Positions 1 to 8,729 of a stretch of DNA of 32,000 nucleotides are shown piece after piece. The DNA comes from Archaeoglobus fulgidus DSM 4304 (GTDB lineage Archaea; Halobacteriota; Archaeoglobi; Archaeoglobales; Archaeoglobaceae). The stretch covers positions 780,001-812,000 of the forward strand of contig NC_000917.1 in assembly GCF_000008665.1 (NCBI RefSeq), given 5' to 3'. Position 1 is the stretch's first letter. The number at the start of each line of letters is the position of its first letter. Under the pieces are notes generated by a model. That model did not search any database, was not told the origin of the DNA, and saw only the letters and a program-made list of their open reading frames with translations. The position numbers and the translations under genes are program-made.

Positions 1-112
1 AATAAGAAAAAGAGGCTAAAAGCTCAAGGATTGAAATCGCAGAGACAAAACCTAAACTGAACCACAAACTTTATATACCGGATAAGTAATTATTTTTCAT
101 TACATAACGGAG

Positions 113-526
113 GTGGTAGCATCGTACGAGATAGAGTTTATCGGGGAAGGAGAAGTTGCAGGCATTTTGAGGGAAGCTCTGAGAACGGATAGCAGGGTTG
201 AGAGCTTCGAGGAGTTCGAAAGAGGGTTCAAGCTGAGGTTGGTTGGTGCGAAAAGGAGGATAACGATAGTCTGCAAGGGAAGCGTTCAAAGCGACGATTG
301 TTTGCTAATCGTGAATGCGAGAAAAATGCCTGAGAACGGAGGAATTGCGTTAAACGCGGATAAAATTGCGGAAAGGTGCGGAAGTAAGCCTGAAATTGCA
401 ATGCTCGGAGCGATAGCAAAGCTGGGAGTTGTGGACCTGAAACGTCTGATGAGCGTGATATACAGAGAAATGGGCTACGGGGACGTGTTAGCGGTCAAAA
501 AGGGGTTTGAGGCGACTAATATTTAA
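113..526 (+). CDS. Small protein with a divergent 2-oxoacid:ferredoxin oxidoreductase gamma-subunit-like region; function uncertain
   Basis: 137-aa ORF with a GTG start, downstream of TATA-like tttatata (70-77). The C-terminal half (NADKIAERCGSKPEIAMLGAIAKLGVV) resembles the POR gamma-domain pattern from memory only. Confidence 0.45.
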   Translation: MVASYEIEFIGEGEVAGILREALRTDSRVESFEEFERGFKLRLVGAKRRITIVCKGSVQSDDCLLIVNARKMPENGGIALNADKIAERCGSKPEIAMLGAIAKLGVVDLKRLMSVIYREMGYGDVLAVKKGFEATNI

Positions 527-657
527 TTTTATTTTTATTTCATTATGTTTGATACTCGTGCGAACTTAGAGGTTAATGATGCAATTGGTTTTCAGAAACT
601 CCTGCAAGTTTCATTTTTGTGACAATCCTGCCAATCGTCTTTATCACCAAAAAATAC

Positions 658-729
658 CGGGCCCGCCGGGAATTGAACCCGGGTCGGAGGTTCCGGAGAC
701 CTCCAGGATATCCACTACCCCACGGGCCC
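658..729 (-). tRNA. tRNA-Arg (anticodon CCG), 72 nt, no encoded CCA
   Basis: The reverse complement folds as a cloverleaf. Acceptor GGGCCCG/CGGGCCC, T-arm CCGGG-TTCAATT-CCCGG, anticodon stem GAGGT/ACCTC with loop CTCCGGA (anticodon CCG, G37), discriminator G. Confidence 0.85.
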
Positions 730-1308
730 CCAAATTATACCCTCCCTTTCAAGGATGAATTTTGCCCACTTAAGCTTTTTCAGCTTGACAGGGTTATCAG
801 CTTTCTCAAAATCAAAGCCGTAGAGTCTTATTCTCCTCGCCCCGAACTTCTTTGCCAGCAATGCAGCCCTGTCTCCATCTGTGAAGCCACCAAAGTTGTA
901 GATTCTGTCGAAAGGTGTGCTCTGAGTCGTTCCCACAAATCTTTGCACTACTGGAACAACCCTCTTTATCCTTTCCACATTGTCCCCATGAGCGTGCAGA
1001 ACAAGAATGCATCCCCTCTCCTCCAAACTTGCCAAGATTTTCTCATCCTCCTCCATGTCGGTTACATGAATATGCGGAACGAAATTGACCTTGTTTACGG
1101 CCTTTCCTGCCGTAATTACTACCTCCTCTCTGATACTCTCACCCTCATAAGCCCCACCGATTACCGCCACGCTTTTCCCCCTTATGAATTCAAGAACAGA
1201 GCTTTCAAGCAGCCTGTCCCCAGCCAGCTCCTTCATCAGCCTTGCAGCCCTCTCATCCTCTTCCCTGCTGAATCCGAAATCCCTGAGAATTTGCTCGTAA
1301 ATCTCCAT
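715..1308 (-). CDS. mptE: 6-hydroxymethyl-7,8-dihydropterin pyrophosphokinase, archaeal MptE type (DUF115 family)
   Basis: 197-aa ORF. The layout (GGAYEG ... HIHVTDME ... HAHGDN ... GFTDGDRA) matches my recollection of the MptE/DUF115 family used in H4MPT/folate pterin synthesis. It lies 15 nt downstream of thiI on the same strand. Confidence 0.7.
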   Translation of the reverse strand: MEIYEQILRDFGFSREEDERAARLMKELAGDRLLESSVLEFIRGKSVAVIGGAYEGESIREEVVITAGKAVNKVNFVPHIHVTDMEEDEKILASLEERGCILVLHAHGDNVERIKRVVPVVQRFVGTTQSTPFDRIYNFGGFTDGDRAALLAKKFGARRIRLYGFDFEKADNPVKLKKLKWAKFILEREGIIWGPVG

Positions 1309-1322
1309 CCACTCTTCAAGAT

Positions 1323-2447
1323 TCAGCTTCCCACCTCCAGAATCTCGCTCTCCTCTACCGCTTTCCTTTCAAGTTCCTCAAAACCCTCGTATTTAACGAC
1401 GTCTTCAATTTTCGCCCTTGTCTCGGGATGCTGGGCAACCATGAAGCTGCAGCAGTCCTCGTAGGGAAGAATGGAAATCTCGTAAGTTTCAATTCTCTTT
1501 GCAATGGCAACAATCTCCTCCTTGTCCATTCCTATCAGTGGTGGAAGAACCGCAAGCTTTGAGGCTGAGTAAATGACATTGATGTTGTCGAGCGTCTGGC
1601 TCGCAACCTGAGAGAGGCTGTCTCCCGTGACTACGGCCTTACATCCCTCCTTTTCTGCAATAAGGTTGGCCATTCTCATCATGCTCCTTCTGTAAACAAC
1701 CATCCTCAGCTTGGGCGGAACCCTGTTGATTATCTCAAACTGCACCTCCTTAAACGGCACCATGTAAAGCTTAATTTTTCCTTGGTACTCAGCAAGCTTC
1801 TCAGCAAGCATCCTTATCTTCTCCCTCACCTTTGGGGAGTGCATGGTCTGGTTGAAGAAGTGGACAGCCACCACCTCACAGCCCCTCTTCATCGCCATAA
1901 ATGCAGCAACGGGACTGTCTATCCCTCCTGAAATGAGAGCAACAACTTTTCCGGCAACACCAACCGGCAGGCCACCAATCCCCTCGTACCTCTTCGAGTA
2001 AACGTAAGCCTCCTTTTCGCAGATTTCAATCCAAACTGTTACGTCAGGATTCGTTAAATCGACCTTCTTTCCCGTCTTTTCCACAATGAACGCTCCAACT
2101 TTTCTGTTGACTTCAACGGAGTTCATTGGGAAGTTTTTGTTGCTTCTCGAAGTATCAACCTTGAAGGTTTTGAAGCTTTCGGGCAGCACACTTAAAGCTG
2201 CCTTTTTAATTGATTCAAGGTTGAGTTCGGTTTTAAACCCAACACCAAAATACCTTATTCCTGGAATTTTCGCCATCCTGCTTTCCAGACCTTCTCTGTA
2301 CTCCACCTCTATTCTCCCGTATTTTCTTCTAACCCTCATGCCGGTGGCCCTTTTTATTGCCTCAATCAACTTCCTCTCGAAAAACTCCCTGTTTTTGCCC
2401 TTGATACCAATCTCACCGTAGTGAACCACTGCCACCTTTTCCATCAT
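1323..2447 (-). CDS. thiI: tRNA 4-thiouridine synthase / sulfur-carrier adenylyltransferase ThiI (THUMP + PP-loop, no rhodanese domain)
   Basis: 374 aa. N-terminal ferredoxin-like/THUMP region, PP-loop motif [10 protein letters not shown], then a conserved C-terminal ThiI-like region. Confidence 0.9.
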
Positions 2448-2509
2448 TCAATGTTGTTGAGGCGATATTTAAGCGAAAGGATTATAACTGAGAAGAAACA
2501 TGATTGGGT

Positions 2510-2671
2510 ATGGCAAAGTATCAGTGCACGATTTGCGGATACGTTTACGATGAAGCTGAAGGGGATCCGGAAAGTGACGTTTCTCCAGGTACGAAATGGG
2601 AAGACTTGCCTGATGACTGGGTCTGTCCTGTTTGCGGTGCGACAAAGGACCAGTTCGAGAAAATCGAGTAA
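2510..2671 (+). CDS. rub: Rubredoxin (53 aa; absent from the ORF track because it is under 60 aa)
   Basis: Translation is [53 protein letters not shown]. It has both CxxCG knuckles and the conserved W/DDW core. ATG at 2510, TAA at 2669-2671. Confidence 0.93.
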   Translation: MAKYQCTICGYVYDEAEGDPESDVSPGTKWEDLPDDWVCPVCGATKDQFEKIE

Positions 2672-2739
2672 TTTCTCCTATTTTTAAGCTAATTTATCAA
2701 ACAAAATCGTTAAATATTTTCTCCACAATACTCACTATA

Positions 2740-4137
2740 ATGAACTTAATCATTTCAAACGAGGAATCGCATTACCTTCCGGGCTGGAAAATAATTCTGA
2801 GCATGGAGGAATTCAGCAAAGTTCTGCATTTCAGCATAGAAGAGGCTAAAATCAACCTTGAAATCGACTGGGCTGAAGCTGCTGAACTGAGTGCTGAGAT
2901 AAAGAGGAAAAATCCTGCTTGCAAAGTCGAGTTCTTTGAGTCAGATAAGGGCGAGTTTTCCTTTCTTAAAAGTTTTCTTGAGAGAATAAAGTATCCTGCA
3001 GTGATCGGAAGGTTTGTGGGTGAAGAACCCGTAATTGTCTACGCCAATCAGTCCTTTGTAGACTTGTTCGTCAATAATGGAAGTTTTATTGTGGGCGATT
3101 ACCTCGATAAACTTGTTGTACCACCTGAGAATCATGAAGAGGCCTTAGATTTGAACAGAAGAGTTAAAGAGGGTGAAGTGGTGTTTGTTGAGGTTAAGAG
3201 AGCTACAAAGACTGGAGAGAGATATTTTGAGCTAACCGCCCTCCCCTTTTCCAGAAAGTATGCAGTTGCTATTTACAGAGACATCACAAAGAGAAGAGAG
3301 GCCATGCAGAAAATAGTTGAGTCTGAGAGGAAGTATAGGGGTGTTTTCGACACATCCTTCGAGCCCATGGTCCTTCTCGATGGTAGTTTCAGCATTATTG
3401 AGGTCAATAAGGCTTTTGAAGAGGAGTTTGGTGTAAGTGGTGAAGAGCTTAAAGGGAAAAATATACGGGAAATTCTGGATATCGACCCCTCACTTGAAGA
3501 ATCCGAGATTGAAGCTTTGGTCGGGGGAAGAAGAAAAATAATGGTTTATCGAATAAAAAAGATTAACTCTGAGATTCTGCTCAGCATTAAAGACATTACT
3601 GAGTTTGAGGCAACAAGCAGACTGCTCAGGGCAATTACCTACGCCAACGACCTTATTGTCAGAGTGGATGACAGAGAGGAGCTTTTTGAGCAATCCGTTA
3701 AGCTTCTGGCCGACATAGGCAAGGAAAGCTCCTGCTGGATAGGCATGCTTTCAAATGGAGAAATAACAAAGGTTTACTGCGAGGGTTGCTGCTGTGCAGT
3801 TGAGATTACAACTTATCCAAAATGCTTTGAGGAGGTTCTCAGGAAGAAGAAAGCCATCATTGTCTCTGCAGAGGATAGAGACGAGGACTGCCCCTTTTAC
3901 ACCAAGAAGCCAAGGCTTTGCTGCATCATTGCTCCTCTCATAATAAACGGTGATGTGATAGGCTTTAACGTTCTGCACTCTCCAACTGAGTTCTCTGAGG
4001 AAATGAAGGAGTTTTTTGAGTCCGTAACCAACAACATAGCAATAAAGGCCAAAGCAATTGAAGCCGATAAAGCTAAGAAAATTGCCTTCAAGCAAATTGA
4101 GGACAACATCATCAAGCTTGCGGGGAATCAACAATGA
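2740..4137 (+). CDS. PAS + GAF-like sensor protein with no kinase domain and a Cys-rich C-terminal module
   Basis: The ORF is open from 2632, but that extension overlaps rubredoxin. The ATG at 2740 sits about 25 nt after TATA-like ttaaatatttt. It has a PAS-like block (RKYRGVFDTSFEPMVLLDGSFSIIEVNKAFEEEFG). The C-terminal GAF-like region holds 9 Cys in 64 codons. Its stop overlaps the next gene's start (ATGA at 4134-4137). Confidence 0.75.
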   Translation: MNLIISNEESHYLPGWKIILSMEEFSKVLHFSIEEAKINLEIDWAEAAELSAEIKRKNPACKVEFFESDKGEFSFLKSFLERIKYPAVIGRFVGEEPVIVYANQSFVDLFVNNGSFIVGDYLDKLVVPPENHEEALDLNRRVKEGEVVFVEVKRATKTGERYFELTALPFSRKYAVAIYRDITKRREAMQKIVESERKYRGVFDTSFEPMVLLDGSFSIIEVNKAFEEEFGVSGEELKGKNIREILDIDPSLEESEIEALVGGRRKIMVYRIKKINSEILLSIKDITEFEATSRLLRAITYANDLIVRVDDREELFEQSVKLLADIGKESSCWIGMLSNGEITKVYCEGCCCAVEITTYPKCFEEVLRKKKAIIVSAEDRDEDCPFYTKKPRLCCIIAPLIINGDVIGFNVLHSPTEFSEEMKEFFESVTNNIAIKAKAIEADKAKKIAFKQIEDNIIKLAGNQQ

Positions 4138-5441
4138 AGCAGGATGAGCAGGAGATTGAGTGGTATAAGGCATTGGTGGATAATTCGTCCGAAATACTGA
4201 TGATCATCGACGAATATGGAAACATAAAGTACATTTCTCCTTCTGTGAAGGATATTGCGGGATATGACAGTGATTCGCTCATAGGAGTTAATACCTTCAT
4301 TTTTGCCCATCCCGACGAGGTTGACTACATATTTTCCAAACTTCAGTTTTTGCTCGAAAACCCAGGAGTTCCAGAGTTCATCGAGTTCAGGGCTTTGCAT
4401 AAAGACGGGCACTGGGTGGAAGTGGAAGCAATGGGCAAAAACCTCCTTCACACGCCAGTTAAGGGAATTGTAGTTACAATGAGGGACGTGAGCAAAATCA
4501 AAAAGCTCGAAAAAGAGCTTAGAAGGCTGGCAGAGAACGTTCCCTTTGGAATTATTGTTTTGGGTGATGGTGGGATTATATACTCCAACAAAGAGGCCGA
4601 AAGGATTCTCGGATATAGCAGGGAAGATTTTCCGTCTTTGGAGGAAATCTCATCCAAAATTGAAGGAGAGAAAGGCAGCTTCATTTCAAAGATGAAGAGA
4701 AAGGATGGTAAGGAAATCTGGCTCAGTGTGAGATACATTGAGACGGAGTGGATGGGAGAGAAAGCCTACCTTGTAGCCTTCTCAGACATAACCGAAAACC
4801 TGTTACTCCAGAAAAGGCTTGAGAGCAGAACAACACTCCTCAAAACCATCAACAGAATTCTCCGCCACGATTTGATAAACGACTTAACTGCAGCCCTTGG
4901 AATGCTTGAAGTTTACAGGGATTTAAGGGAGGAGAGCCTTCTTTCTACAGTTGAAAGAAGATTGAATGATGCTGTAAAGCTGATAAAGAGGATGAGAGAG
5001 CTTGAAGTTCTCTCTGAAGATGGAAAGGAGCTGAAGGAGATTAGAATCTCCGAAATTGTTGGGGAATTGAGGGGAAAATACGACATTCAGATATCACTTC
5101 AGGGAGATGCTGTGGTGGAGGCTGATGATGCCCTTTTCTCTGTTTTCGACAACCTGATAAGAAATGCTGTCGTCCACGGAAACGCCTCCCTTGTTGAGAT
5201 TAAATGCACTCAGAAAGATGGACTTTGCGAGATAGTGGTTGAGGACGACGGCTCTGGAATTCCTGAGGACAAGCTGCAGAAGGTGTTTGAGAGAGGTGTA
5301 AAATTCGGAAAGGGTGGGGCGATGGGTCTGGGGCTGTTCTTGGTTAAAAAGCTAATTGAAAGGTATGGTGGTAATGTCAGGGCTGAGCCCTCCTCCAAGG
5401 GTGCAAGGTTCGTTATACAGCTTAGGGGTAGAGTTACTTAA
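4134..5441 (+). CDS. Sensor histidine kinase (two PAS domains, H-box, HATPase_c)
   Basis: 435 aa. PAS blocks, H-box ILRHDLINDL, N-box DNLIRNAVVHG, G1 VEDDGSGIP, G2 GGAMGLGLFLVKKLIERYGG. Confidence 0.9.
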   Translation: MKQDEQEIEWYKALVDNSSEILMIIDEYGNIKYISPSVKDIAGYDSDSLIGVNTFIFAHPDEVDYIFSKLQFLLENPGVPEFIEFRALHKDGHWVEVEAMGKNLLHTPVKGIVVTMRDVSKIKKLEKELRRLAENVPFGIIVLGDGGIIYSNKEAERILGYSREDFPSLEEISSKIEGEKGSFISKMKRKDGKEIWLSVRYIETEWMGEKAYLVAFSDITENLLLQKRLESRTTLLKTINRILRHDLINDLTAALGMLEVYRDLREESLLSTVERRLNDAVKLIKRMRELEVLSEDGKELKEIRISEIVGELRGKYDIQISLQGDAVVEADDALFSVFDNLIRNAVVHGNASLVEIKCTQKDGLCEIVVEDDGSGIPEDKLQKVFERGVKFGKGGAMGLGLFLVKKLIERYGGNVRAEPSSKGARFVIQLRGRVT

Positions 5442-5539
5442 TCTGAAAGTAATTGCAATTTTGAGCAAAAAATTTATTAATGATTTTTTGGTTAAATTAG
5501 ATTGGAGGTGATAGCCAAGAGGGGGAAGAAGAGCAGAGG

Positions 5540-6766
5540 CTAATACTGTGTCGTCGGCTCTATTTCGCCGGCGACACTCTTCTTCACCATTTCTTTCGCC
5601 TCTTCTATGCTGTAGTTTCCAAGCAGCCACATGAGCTTTATTAGGGCGACTTCTGGAAGCATGTCCTCTCCCTCTATTACTCCTGCCCTCAGAATGTCCC
5701 TTCCGGTGTCGTAAACTCTATCGCAGACCCTCCCCCAGAGGCACTGGGAGGTCATCACAACAACGGAGTCCTCGCAAACTCTTCTTAGCGTGTCAATCCA
5801 ATCAGTAGAAACGTGGCCCAATCCAGTCCCCTCGATAACAAATCCCCTGTAACCCTTGGAGTGGTAGTATTCGAGGATGTCGCTGCTCAGCCCGGGGAAG
5901 AACTTGATGAGGACTACTTTCCTCTCAAGCCTGTCCGTAAGCTTCAACTCCCTCTCACCCCTGCGGTAACGCCAAGAAAGCCACTCAACGCTGAGCGAGG
6001 GGTAGTCGATTCTGCCTATGGGCTTTGCGTTTACAGACTGAAAGGCATCCCTTCTGGAGGTGTGGTTCTTCCTTACTTTCACACCGCGGTGGACTAAGCA
6101 GTAATCATCACTTGTCGAGCCGTGCATGCAAACCACCACCTCGCCAATGTCCTCTGTTGCTGCCTTCGCAGCACACAGCAAGTTCATCGCAGCATCGCTG
6201 CTGGGCCTGTCGGAGCTTCTCTGGGCACCAACAAAAACCACGGGCTTTGGTGTTGAGAGCATAAATGAAAGCGCAGCAGCGGAGAAGTGCATTGTATCGG
6301 TGCCGTGGGTGATTATTACTCCCTCATGGTCTTTTAAAGCTTTGTAGACGTGCCTTGCAAGCTCAATCCAATTCTCTGGCTTCATATTCTCGCTCAGAAT
6401 GTTGTAAAGCAGCTCGGCATCAACATTGCAGATTTCGGTTAGCTCAGGCACTTCCGAGGCTATTTCCTCCGCTGTGAACTGGCTTGTTACCGCTCCGGTT
6501 CTGTAATCAACCTTGCTGGCTATAGTGCCTCCCGTTGAGATAATCTTGACATCCGGCAATCCCTCCCTCTTAACCAGTTCAGGAAGATGGGGTTCGAAGG
6601 GTTCAACCTCAAGGACTTCGAGAAGCTCGTACTCCTTAAATCCAACATTGTAGCCATTATCAAGCTTCAGGACAAAGTTTCCGGTAAAGGAGGGCATCAC
6701 TATGCCTTCAAAAATCTTTCCCTTTGCCTTTATTCTGACTCTCTTGCCTTCAAGCCTTTCAGACAT
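5540..6766 (-). CDS. gatD: Glu-tRNA(Gln) amidotransferase subunit D (asparaginase-like)
   Basis: Asparaginase motifs STGGTIAS and THGTDTM, with the N-terminal extra domain typical of archaeal GatD. I prefer the ATG at 6766 (MSERLEG...) to the longer 6796 start. It overlaps the argH stop by 8 nt. Confidence 0.9.
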   Translation of the reverse strand: MSERLEGKRVRIKAKGKIFEGIVMPSFTGNFVLKLDNGYNVGFKEYELLEVLEVEPFEPHLPELVKREGLPDVKIISTGGTIASKVDYRTGAVTSQFTAEEIASEVPELTEICNVDAELLYNILSENMKPENWIELARHVYKALKDHEGVIITHGTDTMHFSAAALSFMLSTPKPVVFVGAQRSSDRPSSDAAMNLLCAAKAATEDIGEVVVCMHGSTSDDYCLVHRGVKVRKNHTSRRDAFQSVNAKPIGRIDYPSLSVEWLSWRYRRGERELKLTDRLERKVVLIKFFPGLSSDILEYYHSKGYRGFVIEGTGLGHVSTDWIDTLRRVCEDSVVVMTSQCLWGRVCDRVYDTGRDILRAGVIEGEDMLPEVALIKLMWLLGNYSIEEAKEMVKKSVAGEIEPTTQY

Positions 6767-8210
6767 TGATATCCACCCCCAGCTTTTTGGCCTCATCGTA
6801 AAGCATTTTAAGCCCCATTTTAACCTCTCCCCTAAGCTTCCTTAACAAAGTTTTCCTGTCTTTCAGATCGCTTTTCCTCGCTTTTATCATTCTCTCCACC
6901 TCAGCCTTGCTCGTCCCTCCCAGATTTCCCCTGTTCTCCACGACCTTCTCAACGTCCAGAGCTTCAAGCACGTCTTCATCTCTGACGTTTATTTCAACAC
7001 CAAGTTCTTTAGCTGCCGAATTAACATCGGATGCTGTAGGCCTCTCCAGCTCCTTTGCAGCCAACCTCCCAACAATGCGATGCGCCATCCTGAAGGGAAC
7101 GCCGTACTTCATTACGAGCATGTCTGCAAGCTCGGTTGCGGTGGCAAACCCCTTTGAGGCTTTTCTTTCCGTAATCTCAGGGTTGAACTTTATTTTACCC
7201 ATCATTGAGGCAAAAACCTCCACAGCCAAGTGCGTTCTTTTCAGAGATTCGTAGAGCAGGGGATTCATCTCCTGAAAGTCCCTGTTGTAGCTGAAGGGTG
7301 TCGCCTTGTAAATCATCATTGCTGACGTTAAATTCCCCGCAATTTTTCCCGCATTGGCTCTCAAAAGTTCTGCAATGTCAGGATTCTTTTTCTGAGGCAT
7401 GATGGAGGACGTTGACGAAAACTCATCAGGTAAGGTGATGAAGCCGAATTCTGACGAAAACAGGACAATTTCCTCGGCAATTCTGCTGATTGAAAGCATT
7501 GCCTCGGCCGCCACAAAAATGGACTCAATAACGAAGTCCCTCGACGCCACTGCATCCTCGCTGTGCTCAACGACTCCGTCAAATCCCAGCAACCTTGCAG
7601 CGTAGACTCTGTCAAGGCTGTATCCCGTGGACGCGAAGGCAGCGGAACCGAGAGGTGATTTGTTCACTCTCCTGAACGCCTCTATTGCCCTCTCAAAGTC
7701 TCTTGAGAGCATATCGTGATAAGCGAGAAGGTGATGCGACAGCCTCGTTGGCTGCGCATACTGGAGATGCGTGAATCCGGGCATCAGAAAGTGGGACTTC
7801 TCGGCCTTCTTAATCAAAACATCCAGCGCGTTGAGGATTGCCTCTGCGAGATTCAGCAGGTGGTCTCTCGCGAACATTCTCAGGCAGGTTGCAACCTCAT
7901 CGTTTCTGCTCCTTCCCGTGTGCATTTTTGCACCGTGAGGGGTTATCTTCGTCACCTCTGCCTCAATGGCTTCGTGAACGTCTTCGTAGGGCCAATCTTC
8001 CCTAAATCCAGAATCCTTTACCTTTTTCAGAGCCAAAATTATCTCCTTTGCTTCTTCTTCGCTTAAGTAGCCTCCCTTCTTGAGAGTCAGGACGTGGGCA
8101 ACGTCAACGAGAATATCGTACAGGAAGATATTTTTATCGTGCTCGATTGAAGAGGAGAGCTTCAGAGCCTTTGGGTCCATGCCTTTCTTCATCCTGCTTT
8201 CTCTCAGCAT
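6759..8210 (-). CDS. argH: Argininosuccinate lyase
   Basis: 483 aa. Fumarate-lyase signature SSIMPQKKNPD, and an N-terminus that aligns with the ArgH pattern (SSSIEHD ... DVAHVLTL). Confidence 0.92.
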   Translation of the reverse strand: MLRESRMKKGMDPKALKLSSSIEHDKNIFLYDILVDVAHVLTLKKGGYLSEEEAKEIILALKKVKDSGFREDWPYEDVHEAIEAEVTKITPHGAKMHTGRSRNDEVATCLRMFARDHLLNLAEAILNALDVLIKKAEKSHFLMPGFTHLQYAQPTRLSHHLLAYHDMLSRDFERAIEAFRRVNKSPLGSAAFASTGYSLDRVYAARLLGFDGVVEHSEDAVASRDFVIESIFVAAEAMLSISRIAEEIVLFSSEFGFITLPDEFSSTSSIMPQKKNPDIAELLRANAGKIAGNLTSAMMIYKATPFSYNRDFQEMNPLLYESLKRTHLAVEVFASMMGKIKFNPEITERKASKGFATATELADMLVMKYGVPFRMAHRIVGRLAAKELERPTASDVNSAAKELGVEINVRDEDVLEALDVEKVVENRGNLGGTSKAEVERMIKARKSDLKDRKTLLRKLRGEVKMGLKMLYDEAKKLGVDINV

Positions 8211-8281
8211 GCACTCAGTTTGTGCAGAGGTTATTAATTCTTACCGCAAATGTATTTATGTTTTGGAGATGATGGCAGAGC

Positions 8282-8563
8282 ATGAAGTACAGAATAGTCA
8301 GGATAGAGCTTAAAAGTGACGATGAAGTTACGCTTTACCTGAAATCGGCCAGCAGGAAGCCGGGCGTTATGGCCAAAGCCGATTTCAGCGATCCGGTCAA
8401 GGTAATCGAATTCGGACTGCAGATGGGGATGGACCTGGCGAGGAGGATAGAGGAACTCATGCAGTTCGACGCCTTTCTCACCGTTCCCTACGATTACTAC
8501 AGCATGAACGAGTTGAAGGTCGGAGACGTGGTTGAGGTTGAAGTGAGGCTGGCTGAGAGGTAG
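8282..8563 (+). CDS. Hypothetical small protein (93 aa)
   Basis: The ORF has host-like composition and is divergent from argH. It has no recognisable motif. The antisense ORF 8234-8680 looks spurious. Confidence 0.5.
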
Positions 8564-8570
8564 GCGAAAG

Positions 8571-8582
8571 TGATATATATCT
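8571..8582 (+). promoter_or_regulatory. TATA box for tRNA-Glu
   Basis: tgatatatatct lies about 24-30 nt upstream of the mature tRNA 5' end at 8605, which is typical archaeal spacing. Confidence 0.5.
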
Positions 8583-8604
8583 ACTCTCTTTAAGTCAATC
8601 CTAA

Positions 8605-8695
8605 GCTCCGGTGGTGTAGCCCGGCCAATCATTCCGGCCTTTCGAGGTTTCGCCGAAGAGAGCCGGCGACCCGGGTTCAAATCCCGGCCGGAGCA
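8605..8695 (+). tRNA. tRNA-Glu (anticodon UUC) with a 16-nt intron at the canonical 37/38 position (about 8645-8660)
   Basis: Acceptor GCTCCGG/CCGGAGC plus discriminator A. T-arm CCGGG-TTCAAAT-CCCGG. Anticodon stem CCGGC/GCCGG is interrupted: CTTTCG | AGGTTTCGCCGAAGAG | A. Removing 16 nt gives a 75-nt canonical tRNA. Confidence 0.85.
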
Positions 8696-8701
8696 TTATC
8701 C

Positions 8702-8727
8702 TTTTGTGCTTGGAAACTCACACAAAA
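8702..8727. terminator. Inverted repeat between convergent tRNA-Glu and the AbfD-like gene
   Basis: TTTTGTG (8702-8708) and CACAAAA (8721-8727) form a 7-bp stem with T/A runs on both sides. Archaeal termination mainly uses oligo-T, so the role is tentative. Confidence 0.35.
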
Positions 8728-8729
8728 AA

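Noticed and set aside
1-45. CRISPR-repeat-like ending GGATTGAAAT at the window start
   Set aside because: Only one copy is visible, with no second repeat or regular spacing in the window. It cannot be called from this sequence.
575-650. Possible C/D-box sRNA downstream of tRNA-Arg
   Set aside because: The candidate boxes are minus-strand GTGATAA ... CTGA and plus-strand ATGATGC. The C box is imperfect on both strands, the D' and C' boxes are unconvincing, and the terminal stem is only A/U. That is not enough evidence without a covariance or target search.
619-1464. 281-aa plus-strand ORF
   Set aside because: It is antisense to tRNA-Arg, mptE and the thiI 3' end. It is Ser/Pro/Leu-rich and low in complexity, while the opposite strand carries well-supported genes.
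2632-2739. N-terminal extension of the PAS/GAF ORF (start at 2632)
   Set aside because: It overlaps the rubredoxin gene in another frame and precedes the likely promoter. The ATG at 2740 is more plausible.
8234-8680. 148-aa minus-strand ORF
   Set aside because: It runs antisense through tRNA-Glu and through the 93-aa plus-strand ORF. It has no motif, so I treat it as a frame artefact.
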